From a virus (lineage: Duplodnaviria; Caudoviricetes), in the IMG/VR virus record IMGVR_UViG_3300047409_000319, positions 1 to 49,603 of that record: 49,603 nucleotides of DNA; one strand, 5' to 3'. Shown here piece after piece: positions 29,298-37,617 of the stretch; position 1 is the first letter of the stretch; each line of letters starts with the position of its first letter. Below the pieces are notes generated by a model. It searched no databases. It saw only the letters and a list, made by a program, of their open reading frames with translations, and had not been told where the DNA came from. A program made the position numbers and the translations under genes.

Positions 29298-30724
29298 TGA
29301 CACCTGAAATAGTTATCGGTCCACCGGGTACCGGCAAAACAGAAACACTACTGGGGATTATCGATGAATGCTTAACATCGGGCATAGAACCTGAAGAAAT
29401 AGGGTTGGTGTCGTTTACTCGAAGGGCGGCGGGTGAGGCCATAGAACGTGCCGCAGAAAAGTTTAATCTTGACCGGGATAGGTTCAAATATATACGCACA
29501 TTGCATAGCATGTGCTTTCGACAGTTGGGACTGTCACCATCGGATGTATTGCAGGGCAAGCGGTTACGGGAATTTGCAGATTGGATAGGTATAGAAATAT
29601 CCACCAAAAAGTCTTTCGAGGAAGGTTCCACATTAGGATTTAAAGAGGGCGATCGGATACTGCACATGGAAAATTTAGCCCGTGTGCGCTGTATGCCGTT
29701 ACGGGAGGTATACGACCAGGACTGTGATGGGTTGAGTTGGTCGGATGTAAAGCGGGTGTCTGAGGGGCTGGCACTATACAAGAAGAAAAAATATCTAGTC
29801 GACTATACTGACATGCTCTCCCTCTACGCCAACGGCAACTCCCGGCCAAGGTTGAAGGTGCTGTTGGGGGATGAATCACAGGATATGTCGCTGTTGCAGT
29901 GGCAAGTGTTTAGCAGGCTGGCAAAGGGTTGTCAGCGGGTGGTTACGGCAGGGGATGATGACCAGTGTATTTTTCGGTGGGCAGGGGCGGCGCTAGAGCA
30001 CTTTGTGGGCATGGCGGGCAGTGTACGGGTGCTGGACCAAAGCTGGCGCGTGCCGCTGCTTGTCCAGGCCCTCGCACAGGACGTTATAGACCGGGTGGCA
30101 GGGCGGCGGCCCAAGCGGTGGGCGGCAAGGCCCGATAATGGAACAATCGAACGGGTAGGGTCGCTGGAAGACGTAGATTTCGACGGGGATGATGTGCTGG
30201 TGCTGGCACGCAACAACTACATCCTACAGGACCAAGTGGTGCCTGTGCTGAGAGCGGAAGGGATTATATATGAGCATCATAACGAACCGTCGGTGGATCC
30301 GGAAATTCTTGAGGCAATCACGGCGTGGGAACGTCTTCGTCGCGGCGAGGAGGTGGGAGAGGACGGCGAAATACTCATTAAGAAATACCGGCGGAGTAAG
30401 TCCCTACGTGTCGAAGGTGGACAGCAAATTTGGCACGACGCTTTGGATAACCTTCCTCCATCACAGATGAGTTATCTACTTGCGGCAAGGCGGCGTGGGG
30501 AAAGTTTGCAGAGAAAGCCAAGGGTGAGGCTGAGCACGATACACGGGGCCAAGGGGGCGCAGGCCAAGCATGTAGTGTTGCTTACTGAAATGGCACCTAG
30601 AACAACTGAAGAAGCTGAAAAGTGGCCCGAAGATGAAGCTAGGGTATGGTATGTCGGTTTGACCCGTGCTAGGGAAAAGCTCACTTTAGTGCAGCACATG
30701 GGGAAAAACGAATGGACCCTATGA
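29297..30724 (+). CDS. UvrD/Rep-like SF1 helicase
   Basis: 'GPPGTGKT', 'DESQD', 'AGDDDQCIF', 'STIHGAKG', 'YVGLTRA'. Confidence 0.9.
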   Translation: MTPEIVIGPPGTGKTETLLGIIDECLTSGIEPEEIGLVSFTRRAAGEAIERAAEKFNLDRDRFKYIRTLHSMCFRQLGLSPSDVLQGKRLREFADWIGIEISTKKSFEEGSTLGFKEGDRILHMENLARVRCMPLREVYDQDCDGLSWSDVKRVSEGLALYKKKKYLVDYTDMLSLYANGNSRPRLKVLLGDESQDMSLLQWQVFSRLAKGCQRVVTAGDDDQCIFRWAGAALEHFVGMAGSVRVLDQSWRVPLLVQALAQDVIDRVAGRRPKRWAARPDNGTIERVGSLEDVDFDGDDVLVLARNNYILQDQVVPVLRAEGIIYEHHNEPSVDPEILEAITAWERLRRGEEVGEDGEILIKKYRRSKSLRVEGGQQIWHDALDNLPPSQMSYLLAARRRGESLQRKPRVRLSTIHGAKGAQAKHVVLLTEMAPRTTEEAEKWPEDEARVWYVGLTRAREKLTLVQHMGKNEWTL

Positions 30725-31404
30725 CCGGGCAAGTGTGGGCCAATGGGGAGATAGAAGATCGAAAGTTGATTAAAGTAAATGAGGTGCTATGCCGAGAAAG
30801 TACAGCGGATGCGGATATTGTTAAGGAAATTGGAAGATCCTATGGTTGGCTAGATGTAAAGGGAAAAGTAGTCCTTGATATAGGGGCAAACATAGGGGCT
30901 TTTACCTGTTGGGCATTGGAGCAGGGGGCGCTGCAAGTTATAGCGATAGAGCCTGACCCTTTGAACTATAATATGCTTTGGAAAAATACTTGTCAATTAA
31001 GCAATAAATTAATTGTTCAAGTAGCTGTTGTGGAAGATAATTTTGAAGATTCATTTACAGAATTGTGGAGAACTGACAGTGGGAAAAATCCAGGTAACTA
31101 TTCCCTTGAAGTAAAGGGTGGCCGGACTGCAATTAAAGTTGGAACTGTTGGGTTTAAATCTATATTAGATAATTATCATCCTCATGTTATCAAAGTAGAT
31201 TGTGAAGGATCTGAGTATCGCTGGTTGGATGGTAGAAGGTTGCCGGGGGTTAACCAAGTGGCTGTGGAACTGCACTTTGGGAAGAAAAAATGGCGCGAGG
31301 ATAGTGCCCCAAAACTGGTTGAGTCATTCCGAGAATGGGAAGTTATGAAGGAACCAAAACTTGGTGGAAAACTGTGGCATTCTGTTGCAGGGTGGCGCAG
31401 ATAG
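30712..31404 (+). CDS. FkbM-family SAM-dependent methyltransferase
   Basis: 'VLDIGANIGAF', 'AIEPDP.N', 'IKVDCEGSEY'. Confidence 0.9.
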   Translation: MDPMTGQVWANGEIEDRKLIKVNEVLCRESTADADIVKEIGRSYGWLDVKGKVVLDIGANIGAFTCWALEQGALQVIAIEPDPLNYNMLWKNTCQLSNKLIVQVAVVEDNFEDSFTELWRTDSGKNPGNYSLEVKGGRTAIKVGTVGFKSILDNYHPHVIKVDCEGSEYRWLDGRRLPGVNQVAVELHFGKKKWREDSAPKLVESFREWEVMKEPKLGGKLWHSVAGWRR

Positions 31405-31406
31405 GC

Positions 31407-31435
31407 TTTACATTAACAGCTCAAGGGGCTATATG
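31407..31435 (+). promoter_or_regulatory. sigma70-like promoter
   Basis: TTTACA-N17-TATATG. Confidence 0.6.
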
Positions 31436-31469
31436 AAGTAGCACTTGGGACGCATATACAGAGGTAAAC

Positions 31470-31808
31470 ATGACTGACACTGAGACTGGAAACGCGGAAG
31501 ATCAGGCACCTGAGAAGGTAAAGAAAACACGTGCCAAGAAGGAACCGGCTGCTCCCAAGGAAAAGAAGGAGCGTACTGTCGCAACTTATCCGGGGTCGAC
31601 CAAGATTTACTTCGGTAAGGATAAGGACGGCAGGCTCTGGTCGCCGACGAATAGCCCACGTAGGGCAGGCACCAAGCTTGCTGATCGCTGGCATTACCGC
31701 AACGGCATGACACTGCGACAGGCAGTGGATGCCGGGATGCTCGCCGGTGACATCGTTTGGGATCTTTACAAGGGTTATATCAAGTTCGCTGATCCTGTGG
31801 ATGCGTAA
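31470..31808 (+). CDS. Small putative DNA-binding protein (Lys-rich tail plus 'RW.Y..GMT...D..W...KG.I' domain)
   Basis: GAGG RBS; paralogous to 43950..44453. Confidence 0.65.
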   Translation: MTDTETGNAEDQAPEKVKKTRAKKEPAAPKEKKERTVATYPGSTKIYFGKDKDGRLWSPTNSPRRAGTKLADRWHYRNGMTLRQAVDAGMLAGDIVWDLYKGYIKFADPVDA

Positions 31809-31841
31809 TTAGTTCCAAGTCGCACAACACGGGTTAGCGTC

Positions 31842-31891
31842 GGGCGTCAGTTTCAATGTATCCTCCTGCGTTGAGACTGACGCCCTTACTT
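31842..31891 (+). terminator. 19-bp stem-loop with TCCTCC loop (terminator and/or regulatory RNA)
   Basis: GGGCGTCAGTTTCAATGTA-TCCTCC-TGCGTTGAGACTGACGCCC followed by TTACTTT. Confidence 0.65.
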
Positions 31892-31908
31892 TATGTGAGG
31901 ATGAGGAA

Positions 31909-32823
31909 ATGACTTTAATTCCGGAACAAGTCGACGAATATTTTCGTACGGCACGGGTGCGGCATCAGATTTACTTGGACCGCAAGGCTGGCAAGCCGTA
32001 CCCCTGGACCGACGATGTTATCTTCAAGGACTGGAAGTTCACAAATGTTTTCAGAGAGTTAGATAAAACAACGGTATGGTTCCGGGAAAATGTACGGGAA
32101 CCCATGCGGGCTGACCCTGACGTGTTGCTGGCCACCATTGTCTTCCGCATGTTCAACAGAATAGGTACTGGTGAAGCTATATTTAACCAGAAAGCTTTCG
32201 ATGGTGGCCGCACGGCTTGGGAAGTATTTCTGGAAAAGAAAGACACTGATCACCTGAAATGGGCTATCAAGACTTACATCGGCGCACGCGGGCCGTATGT
32301 TACTGGAGCTTACATTATTCAGTCACCCGGCGGATATAACAAGGTTGATGGGGTGCTGAAGATAATAGAAATGGTAATGAATGGGTTAGACTTGGAAGGT
32401 TTCCGTCTATCTAGAGGAATAGGGTATTGGTGTGACAGTTTAGAAGATGCCTGTAATTTCCTACAAGGAACATTTAGATATATAGGTGGATTTACAGCCT
32501 ATGAATGGGTAAGTGACCTACGACATACGGACCTGTTGTGTAATGCACCTGACATTATGACTTGGGCGAATGCTGGACCGGGAGCAACCCGTGGGCTTAA
32601 CGTACTGCACGGGCGCAAGCTCACAGCCAACCCCAGGAAAGAACAGATGGTGGAGGAAATGAGGGAATTGTTGGAGTTGAGCAAAGACGAAGCATACTGG
32701 TCTTGGGATTGGCATGATTGGGAAATGCGGGAAGTGGAGCACTGGCTTTGTGAATATTTTAAGATTTACAGGGCCAAAGTACATGGTACAATGCCACGGT
32801 CTAGGTTTAAAACATGGTTATGA
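31909..32823 (+). CDS. aGPT-Pplase1 / 5-hydroxymethyluracil DNA kinase helical-domain protein
   Basis: 'RHQIY..R.AG.P.PWTDD.I...WKFTNVFRELDKTT', 'FRMFNR', 'F.AYE...DL', 'GPGA.RGL', 'EH.LCEY.K'. Confidence 0.85.
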   Translation: MTLIPEQVDEYFRTARVRHQIYLDRKAGKPYPWTDDVIFKDWKFTNVFRELDKTTVWFRENVREPMRADPDVLLATIVFRMFNRIGTGEAIFNQKAFDGGRTAWEVFLEKKDTDHLKWAIKTYIGARGPYVTGAYIIQSPGGYNKVDGVLKIIEMVMNGLDLEGFRLSRGIGYWCDSLEDACNFLQGTFRYIGGFTAYEWVSDLRHTDLLCNAPDIMTWANAGPGATRGLNVLHGRKLTANPRKEQMVEEMRELLELSKDEAYWSWDWHDWEMREVEHWLCEYFKIYRAKVHGTMPRSRFKTWL

Positions 32824-32832
32824 GGTTTAATC

Positions 32833-33441
32833 ATGACTTGTGGTGTTTATAAGATTTTGAATATGGTTGATAATAAAGTCTATGTGGGGTCTGCAGTTAA
32901 TATTGAAAGACGTTGGAATTTTCATAAGTATACTTTAAGACAGGGATTACACTCTACAAAATTTCAAAGAGCTTGGAATAAGCATGGTGAAATAAATTTT
33001 CAATTTGAAATTTTAGAACAATGTACTAATAATGAACTTATCGAAAAGGAACAATACTGGATTGATTTACTAAATTCAGTTAAAAAAGGATACAACATAC
33101 TTGAAAAGGCTTATTCACCAGTAGGAATTAAGCACTCTGAAGAAACCAAAGAAAAAATGCGATTGGGAAGAGCCAAATTCTTGGAAACTCCTGGTGCGAA
33201 AGAAGATTTATCTCGCCGGGCCAAGCTGCAACACGCTAACGGCAAGCTGGGGCGTTCAACCTGGAAAAGTGATCATACTAGAAAATTACGAGAAACAGGT
33301 TTAGAAGTTGGAAATCGTCCGGAAACTAAACAACGTCTCAAAGATCACATAGCTTCCCAGTCATCTGAAGAAATGAGACGCCGTAATTTACTTCGCAAAA
33401 CATATGGGAATGCCTACTACAAAGGTTTACCTAGAAAATAA
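32833..33441 (+). mobile_element. Free-standing GIY-YIG homing endonuclease gene with NUMOD3-like motif
   Basis: 'GVYKI.N...KVYVGSA...RW..H', 'EQYWID', 'GYN', 'KHSEETKEKM'; AT-rich. Confidence 0.85.
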
Positions 33442-33465
33442 TGAAGGAAACCGGGAGAGTTCCCC

Positions 33466-33879
33466 GTGGTCGGTTCAAACACTAAGCCAGTGATCGTGGA
33501 ACGTATATTCCACGGAAGGACAGAGAAACCTTGGCCTGGAGAAGTTGGGTCAGTTGGGTGGAATCTATGCCAGATGGTTGGATGCAGTGAATGGGAATTT
33601 CTCCAGGGGTTTGAACGGTTTATAATTGACCACAAGGTCCGCAAGCTGATACAGTTCATATGGGGTGAACTGGAAGGGCGAAGAGTTATCTTTTTAGGCT
33701 GGGCGGCGCTGAAACCCTTCGGCCTCCCGTTCGAAGGGTGGATCTTACCCCAGCTAGATGTAACCGGGCGCGAATGGCGGGTGATACCCAATACGGGAAT
33801 GGAAGAAAAAGCTTACCGTAATCCTCTAATGAAGCTTGAAGTATCCCTGCTGTTGAAGGACTGGTTCAATGGTTATTAA
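33466..33879 (+). CDS. Hypothetical protein, weakly uracil-DNA-glycosylase-fold-like
   Basis: 'RVIFLGWAALKPFG' and 'VIPNTG....YRNP' resemble UDG-superfamily C-terminal motifs, but the HPS motif is degenerate. Confidence 0.35.
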   Translation: MVGSNTKPVIVERIFHGRTEKPWPGEVGSVGWNLCQMVGCSEWEFLQGFERFIIDHKVRKLIQFIWGELEGRRVIFLGWAALKPFGLPFEGWILPQLDVTGREWRVIPNTGMEEKAYRNPLMKLEVSLLLKDWFNGY

Positions 33880-34210
33880 ACCTGACTGTGACTGTTGGAA
33901 AGACCCTGAAATGCGGGTCGAAAAAGAATTGAAGATAGATGCTATAGGCAGGGCTATACAGATTTCAGTAGGTCAAGTCATTAAAGACTTGAATATATGC
34001 AATGCCGCCACGGCTTATATCGGTGGTTCAGTAGTGGCAGGAATTGTCTATATGGTCGCCTACTTGCAACGGGGTGATGGGGAGTCTCCGACAGGTGAGC
34101 ATTTAGCCAAGGCGGAACTGGAAATCCTACAATGTTCACGTGAACGTCTTGAAGGTGCCCGTAATTTAGACATAGATAACTTGCCTGCTGTTTCAGACGT
34201 CAAACATTAG
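33869..34210 (+). CDS. Hypothetical protein
   Basis: Overlapping in-operon ORF. Confidence 0.55.
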   Translation: MVIKPDCDCWKDPEMRVEKELKIDAIGRAIQISVGQVIKDLNICNAATAYIGGSVVAGIVYMVAYLQRGDGESPTGEHLAKAELEILQCSRERLEGARNLDIDNLPAVSDVKH

Positions 34211-34219
34211 GGGTAACCC

Positions 34220-35218
34220 ATGCACGTGATAACTGGCCGCAATGTGAATAGTATTTACCGGCAAGCAGTTGAACTTGTACGGACTAAAGGCGTGCTACAG
34301 CCTTCGCGGGCTGGGGATGTTCTCACAGTTCTGGAGCCGGTGGTGCTGGAAACTATGGTTCCTACAGAACGGGTATTATTTGATATTCACAGGGATGCTA
34401 ATCCCTTTTTCCATTTCTTTGAGGCACTGTGGATGCTGGCAGGGCGCAATGATTCAGTATTCTTGAATCGATTTGTGCGAAATTTCGGTGAAAGATTTGC
34501 AGAGTATGATGAAAGTATACATGGAGCATATGGCTATCGGTGGAGAAAGCATTTCGGATTTGACCAGTTAAATACAGTGATAGCCAAGTTGAAGGCTAAT
34601 CAATATGATCGTCAAGTTGTGATTACTATGTGGGACCCTGAATTGAAATGGGGCCATAGAGACGAGAATGGTGCAACTGATTTACTGGGAGATTGGAAAG
34701 ATCGCCCATGCAATACTCATATCTACCCACGTATTGTCGATGGGAAACTTGATATAATGGTTTGCTGTAGGAGTAATGATGTGGTATGGGGTGCCACGGG
34801 TGCCAATGCAGTTCACTTTAGTTTCCTACTTGAATACTTGGCGGGTCGCATAGGGGTGGGCGTAGGTGTTATGCGACAAATGACCACTAACCTTCATGGG
34901 TATACTGATGTACTGGCGAAGATTGGGGAACCAAGTGCCGAAGTGACCTATGTTGCCAATGCACCTATCCCAATTGGCACTGATTGGGAATGTTGGGACT
35001 CTGACCTTATGTCTTTTCTCCGTATGGCTGAAAATGGCAACTGGGACGATGAAGTAGATAATGTGTGGTTTAATGAGGTAGCTCGGCCGATGTGGATGGC
35101 ACATGCTCATTGGCGACTAGGTCATTCTCGAGATACATACATGAATCTAGCAGCACAGATAGCCGCGCCCGACTGGCGGCTGGCGGCTACCCAGTGGTTA
35201 GGGAGGAGAAAGAAATGA
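34220..35218 (+). CDS. Thymidylate-synthase homolog, likely dUMP hydroxymethylase
   Basis: 'RDANPFFH..EALWMLAGRND', 'GAYGYRWR', catalytic 'PCN', 'RSND..WGA.GAN' (Asn at the U/C specificity position), 'NLH.Y'. Confidence 0.85.
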   Translation: MHVITGRNVNSIYRQAVELVRTKGVLQPSRAGDVLTVLEPVVLETMVPTERVLFDIHRDANPFFHFFEALWMLAGRNDSVFLNRFVRNFGERFAEYDESIHGAYGYRWRKHFGFDQLNTVIAKLKANQYDRQVVITMWDPELKWGHRDENGATDLLGDWKDRPCNTHIYPRIVDGKLDIMVCCRSNDVVWGATGANAVHFSFLLEYLAGRIGVGVGVMRQMTTNLHGYTDVLAKIGEPSAEVTYVANAPIPIGTDWECWDSDLMSFLRMAENGNWDDEVDNVWFNEVARPMWMAHAHWRLGHSRDTYMNLAAQIAAPDWRLAATQWLGRRKK

Positions 35219-35721
35219 GCTTTACTCGCGAGTCAGTATTAAAATCTATGCGGCGGGCGGGTAATGTTTTGAGGTATCACACATGGCCTACTATCCATAA
35301 ACAAACGGTGGCGGACCACACTTGGAACGTGATGCGAATTTACGTGGAGTTGTTCGGCCCACCAGATAAGAAACTATGGGTTCATATGCTGTACCATGAT
35401 GCCATGGAAATTCATACTGGGGATGTGCCATTTTATGCCAAACGAAAGTGGCCTAGTTTGAAAAAAGAATTAGACCATGCAGAAGTACAAGCGGCTGATG
35501 AATTTAATGTTCATTTGCCAATACTTACTCAAGCTGAGATAGATGAATGCAAGCTGTGTGACTTACTGGAAATGTGGGAATGGGGCAAGGAAGAAGTATT
35601 GATGGGCAATAGGTTAGCCCATACAATACAGGCTGATACTTGGTGGGCGGCGTCTGAGTTGTCCGAGAAACTTGGGGTAACGGAAATAGTCAAGAAATGG
35701 ATGGAGGAGAAGCAGCTATGA
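35215..35721 (+). CDS. HD-domain 5'-deoxynucleotidase (YfbR/DatZ-like)
   Basis: 'RYH....QTVADH', 'YHD..E..TGDVP', 'K.CDLLE'. Confidence 0.85.
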   Translation: MSFTRESVLKSMRRAGNVLRYHTWPTIHKQTVADHTWNVMRIYVELFGPPDKKLWVHMLYHDAMEIHTGDVPFYAKRKWPSLKKELDHAEVQAADEFNVHLPILTQAEIDECKLCDLLEMWEWGKEEVLMGNRLAHTIQADTWWAASELSEKLGVTEIVKKWMEEKQL

Positions 35722-36188
35722 CTAAGACACGAGAATTGTTGGAGGAACGGCAAACTACTCATGGCGAATATACGGTGAATGCTCAGATATCACAGGATAT
35801 CATGACCATTTGCCATGATGCACCAAGTTGGCCCAAGTTGACTCGAGTACAGCGGGAAACTTTGCATATGATCGCACACAAGATGGCCCGCATATTGGGT
35901 GGCAATCCTAATGTAGAAGACCACTGGAGAGATATAGCTGGCTACGCGGTGCTGGCGGCTGATAGGGTGACTAAGAAAGAATTTGATTATGTGAAAGCCG
36001 TGGGGGAATGGCCCACACAATATGATGAATCGTTCCGTAAGACTGTTCCAGTTGAAGACAGCAACAAACATGCTGATCAGATGAAGAAGAATATAACCCA
36101 TGATGAACTTATGAACCTGCCGAAAGAAGAACAAATGATGTATCGGTGGGCTCCATATGCAAACTCATACAAGTTGGACCTTGGGTAA
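35718..36188 (+). CDS. DUF6378-like all-alpha protein
   Basis: 'L.ER..THG.Y', 'MI.HKMARI..GNP...DHW.DIAGYA'. Confidence 0.75.
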   Translation: MTKTRELLEERQTTHGEYTVNAQISQDIMTICHDAPSWPKLTRVQRETLHMIAHKMARILGGNPNVEDHWRDIAGYAVLAADRVTKKEFDYVKAVGEWPTQYDESFRKTVPVEDSNKHADQMKKNITHDELMNLPKEEQMMYRWAPYANSYKLDLG

Positions 36189-36192
36189 ATAC

Positions 36193-37011
36193 ATGTCAGA
36201 CACACTCATAGCTATCCCTAGTTCAGGTCGGTCTGGAGCACAGACCACGATAGGTTACTTGCGGCAAGCTGGCGTGCTTGACCGGGTGGCCCTGTGCGTG
36301 CCAGAGGCCGAGGTTGACCGTTACAAGCGCAATGGCTGGCCGGGTGTTGTGGGCGTGCCGCCGACCCACCCCCGTATTGCGAAAAAGCGGGAATGGATAC
36401 TGACTGTACTGGCCTTTCAACGGCAGGCCAAGAAAGTATTAATATTGGATGATGACCTGCGGTTCAGCTACAGGGACCACTTAGGTGAAATCCACCTGAA
36501 CAAGGCTACACCTGACTCCATGAAGATGATGTTTGAACAATTGGATACATGGATGAATAGTGGATTTGTTCACGTGGGTATTTCCCACCGTAGTGGGAAT
36601 AATACTGAGCCAGAGGATTATAAAGACGCAACCCGCATGACTGCCGCTTACCAGTATGATACATATATGTTGTCAAAACTTATTGAAGCTGGTAAGGTTA
36701 CTTTAGCAAGGCTTGAGGTTATGGAAGATATTGATCTGACCCTACAGTTGCTACGGCTGGGCTACCCTAACCGGGTTACTTTTCAGTACACTTGGGATCA
36801 GGTTTCAAGTAAAAGCGGTGGCTGTAGCCAGTGGCGTACACCAGAAATCCAAGCGGAATGTGCCCATAAGCTGGCTGAACTGCATCCAGGATTTGTCAAG
36901 GTGACTGAAAAGACCACCAATACCAAGGATGCTTGGAAAGGCATGAAGACCCGAACCGATGTGGTGGTGTCCTGGGCCAAGGCGTACAAAAGTGCATTAC
37001 AGGAGAAGTGA
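36193..37011 (+). CDS. TET/JBP-associated (TAGT, GREB1-like) DNA glycosyltransferase
   Basis: 'IPS.GR', 'KREWI', 'LDDDL', 'EDIDLTLQLL..GY.N', 'GGCS.WRT', 'LAELHP..V', 'V.W.KA'. Confidence 0.8.
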   Translation: MSDTLIAIPSSGRSGAQTTIGYLRQAGVLDRVALCVPEAEVDRYKRNGWPGVVGVPPTHPRIAKKREWILTVLAFQRQAKKVLILDDDLRFSYRDHLGEIHLNKATPDSMKMMFEQLDTWMNSGFVHVGISHRSGNNTEPEDYKDATRMTAAYQYDTYMLSKLIEAGKVTLARLEVMEDIDLTLQLLRLGYPNRVTFQYTWDQVSSKSGGCSQWRTPEIQAECAHKLAELHPGFVKVTEKTTNTKDAWKGMKTRTDVVVSWAKAYKSALQEK

Positions 37012-37012
37012 C

Positions 37013-37282
37013 ATGATGAAGGTAGACGTAGGCGAAGTAGACAAATTAAAATCGTTTGAATGGTATTCAAATATAATTGAAATATTTGGAACTATAGACA
37101 ACAAGGACAAGTATGCAACTGTATTGTCAACAATGCAGTCAGTCATGGCTTATATGATATTTAATCATGCCGGGTCTTCAGAGGCTGGTTATGCTCAATT
37201 CATGGTATTTTGTGCTCAGCTTGGGGATATGACCAAGACTCTGTATGATAATGTTGAAGTACCGAAGGAAAGTATACACTGA
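37013..37282 (+). CDS. Hypothetical protein
   Basis: AGGAG RBS, in operon. Confidence 0.55.
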   Translation: MMKVDVGEVDKLKSFEWYSNIIEIFGTIDNKDKYATVLSTMQSVMAYMIFNHAGSSEAGYAQFMVFCAQLGDMTKTLYDNVEVPKESIH

Positions 37283-37617
37283 TGACTCCGTGCCCGTGCT
37301 GTGGTCAGTTAGTAGATACGAATGAGTTACTGGTTAGTCTAGATACGAATACTGTATCTCGAAATGGAACTATTGTCCACCTTTCGCCACAGTTGACTGT
37401 ACTTGTGTATATTCTTAATGAAGCACGACCCAAGGGTGTTGACCACCACAAAATTGTGGGGGCAATACATGGTCATTTGATGAATCCATCTACTAATGAC
37501 CCACTAGAAGTCATGCGTGTACTATTATCACGTACACGGCAGTTATTGGGAAATTTAGGTATACATATAGTCAATCAACGCGGTAAAGGCTACCGTATGG
37601 TGGTTGATGAAAACTAA
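37282..37617 (+). CDS. Winged-helix (OmpR C-terminal-like) protein with N-terminal CPCCG zinc knuckle
   Basis: 'CPCCGQ', 'LSPQ...L..L', 'V.LSR.R..L...GI.I.N.RGKGYR'. Confidence 0.75.
   Translation: MTPCPCCGQLVDTNELLVSLDTNTVSRNGTIVHLSPQLTVLVYILNEARPKGVDHHKIVGAIHGHLMNPSTNDPLEVMRVLLSRTRQLLGNLGIHIVNQRGKGYRMVVDEN

Noticed and set aside
32824-33465. Group I intron around the GIY-YIG gene
   Set aside because: Only 9 nt separate the kinase stop from the endonuclease start, and the relic begins at its stop, leaving no room for a ribozyme core outside the ORF
34220-35218. dCMP hydroxymethylase (5hmC pathway) interpretation
   Set aside because: The specificity position reads Asn (GAN), not Asp, and the neighbouring aGPT-Pplase1 gene fits 5hmU chemistry; not excluded without assay
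35215-35721. DatZ / 2-aminoadenine (Z-genome) system
   Set aside because: No PurZ-like gene in the window; the HD enzyme is better explained by the thymidine cluster
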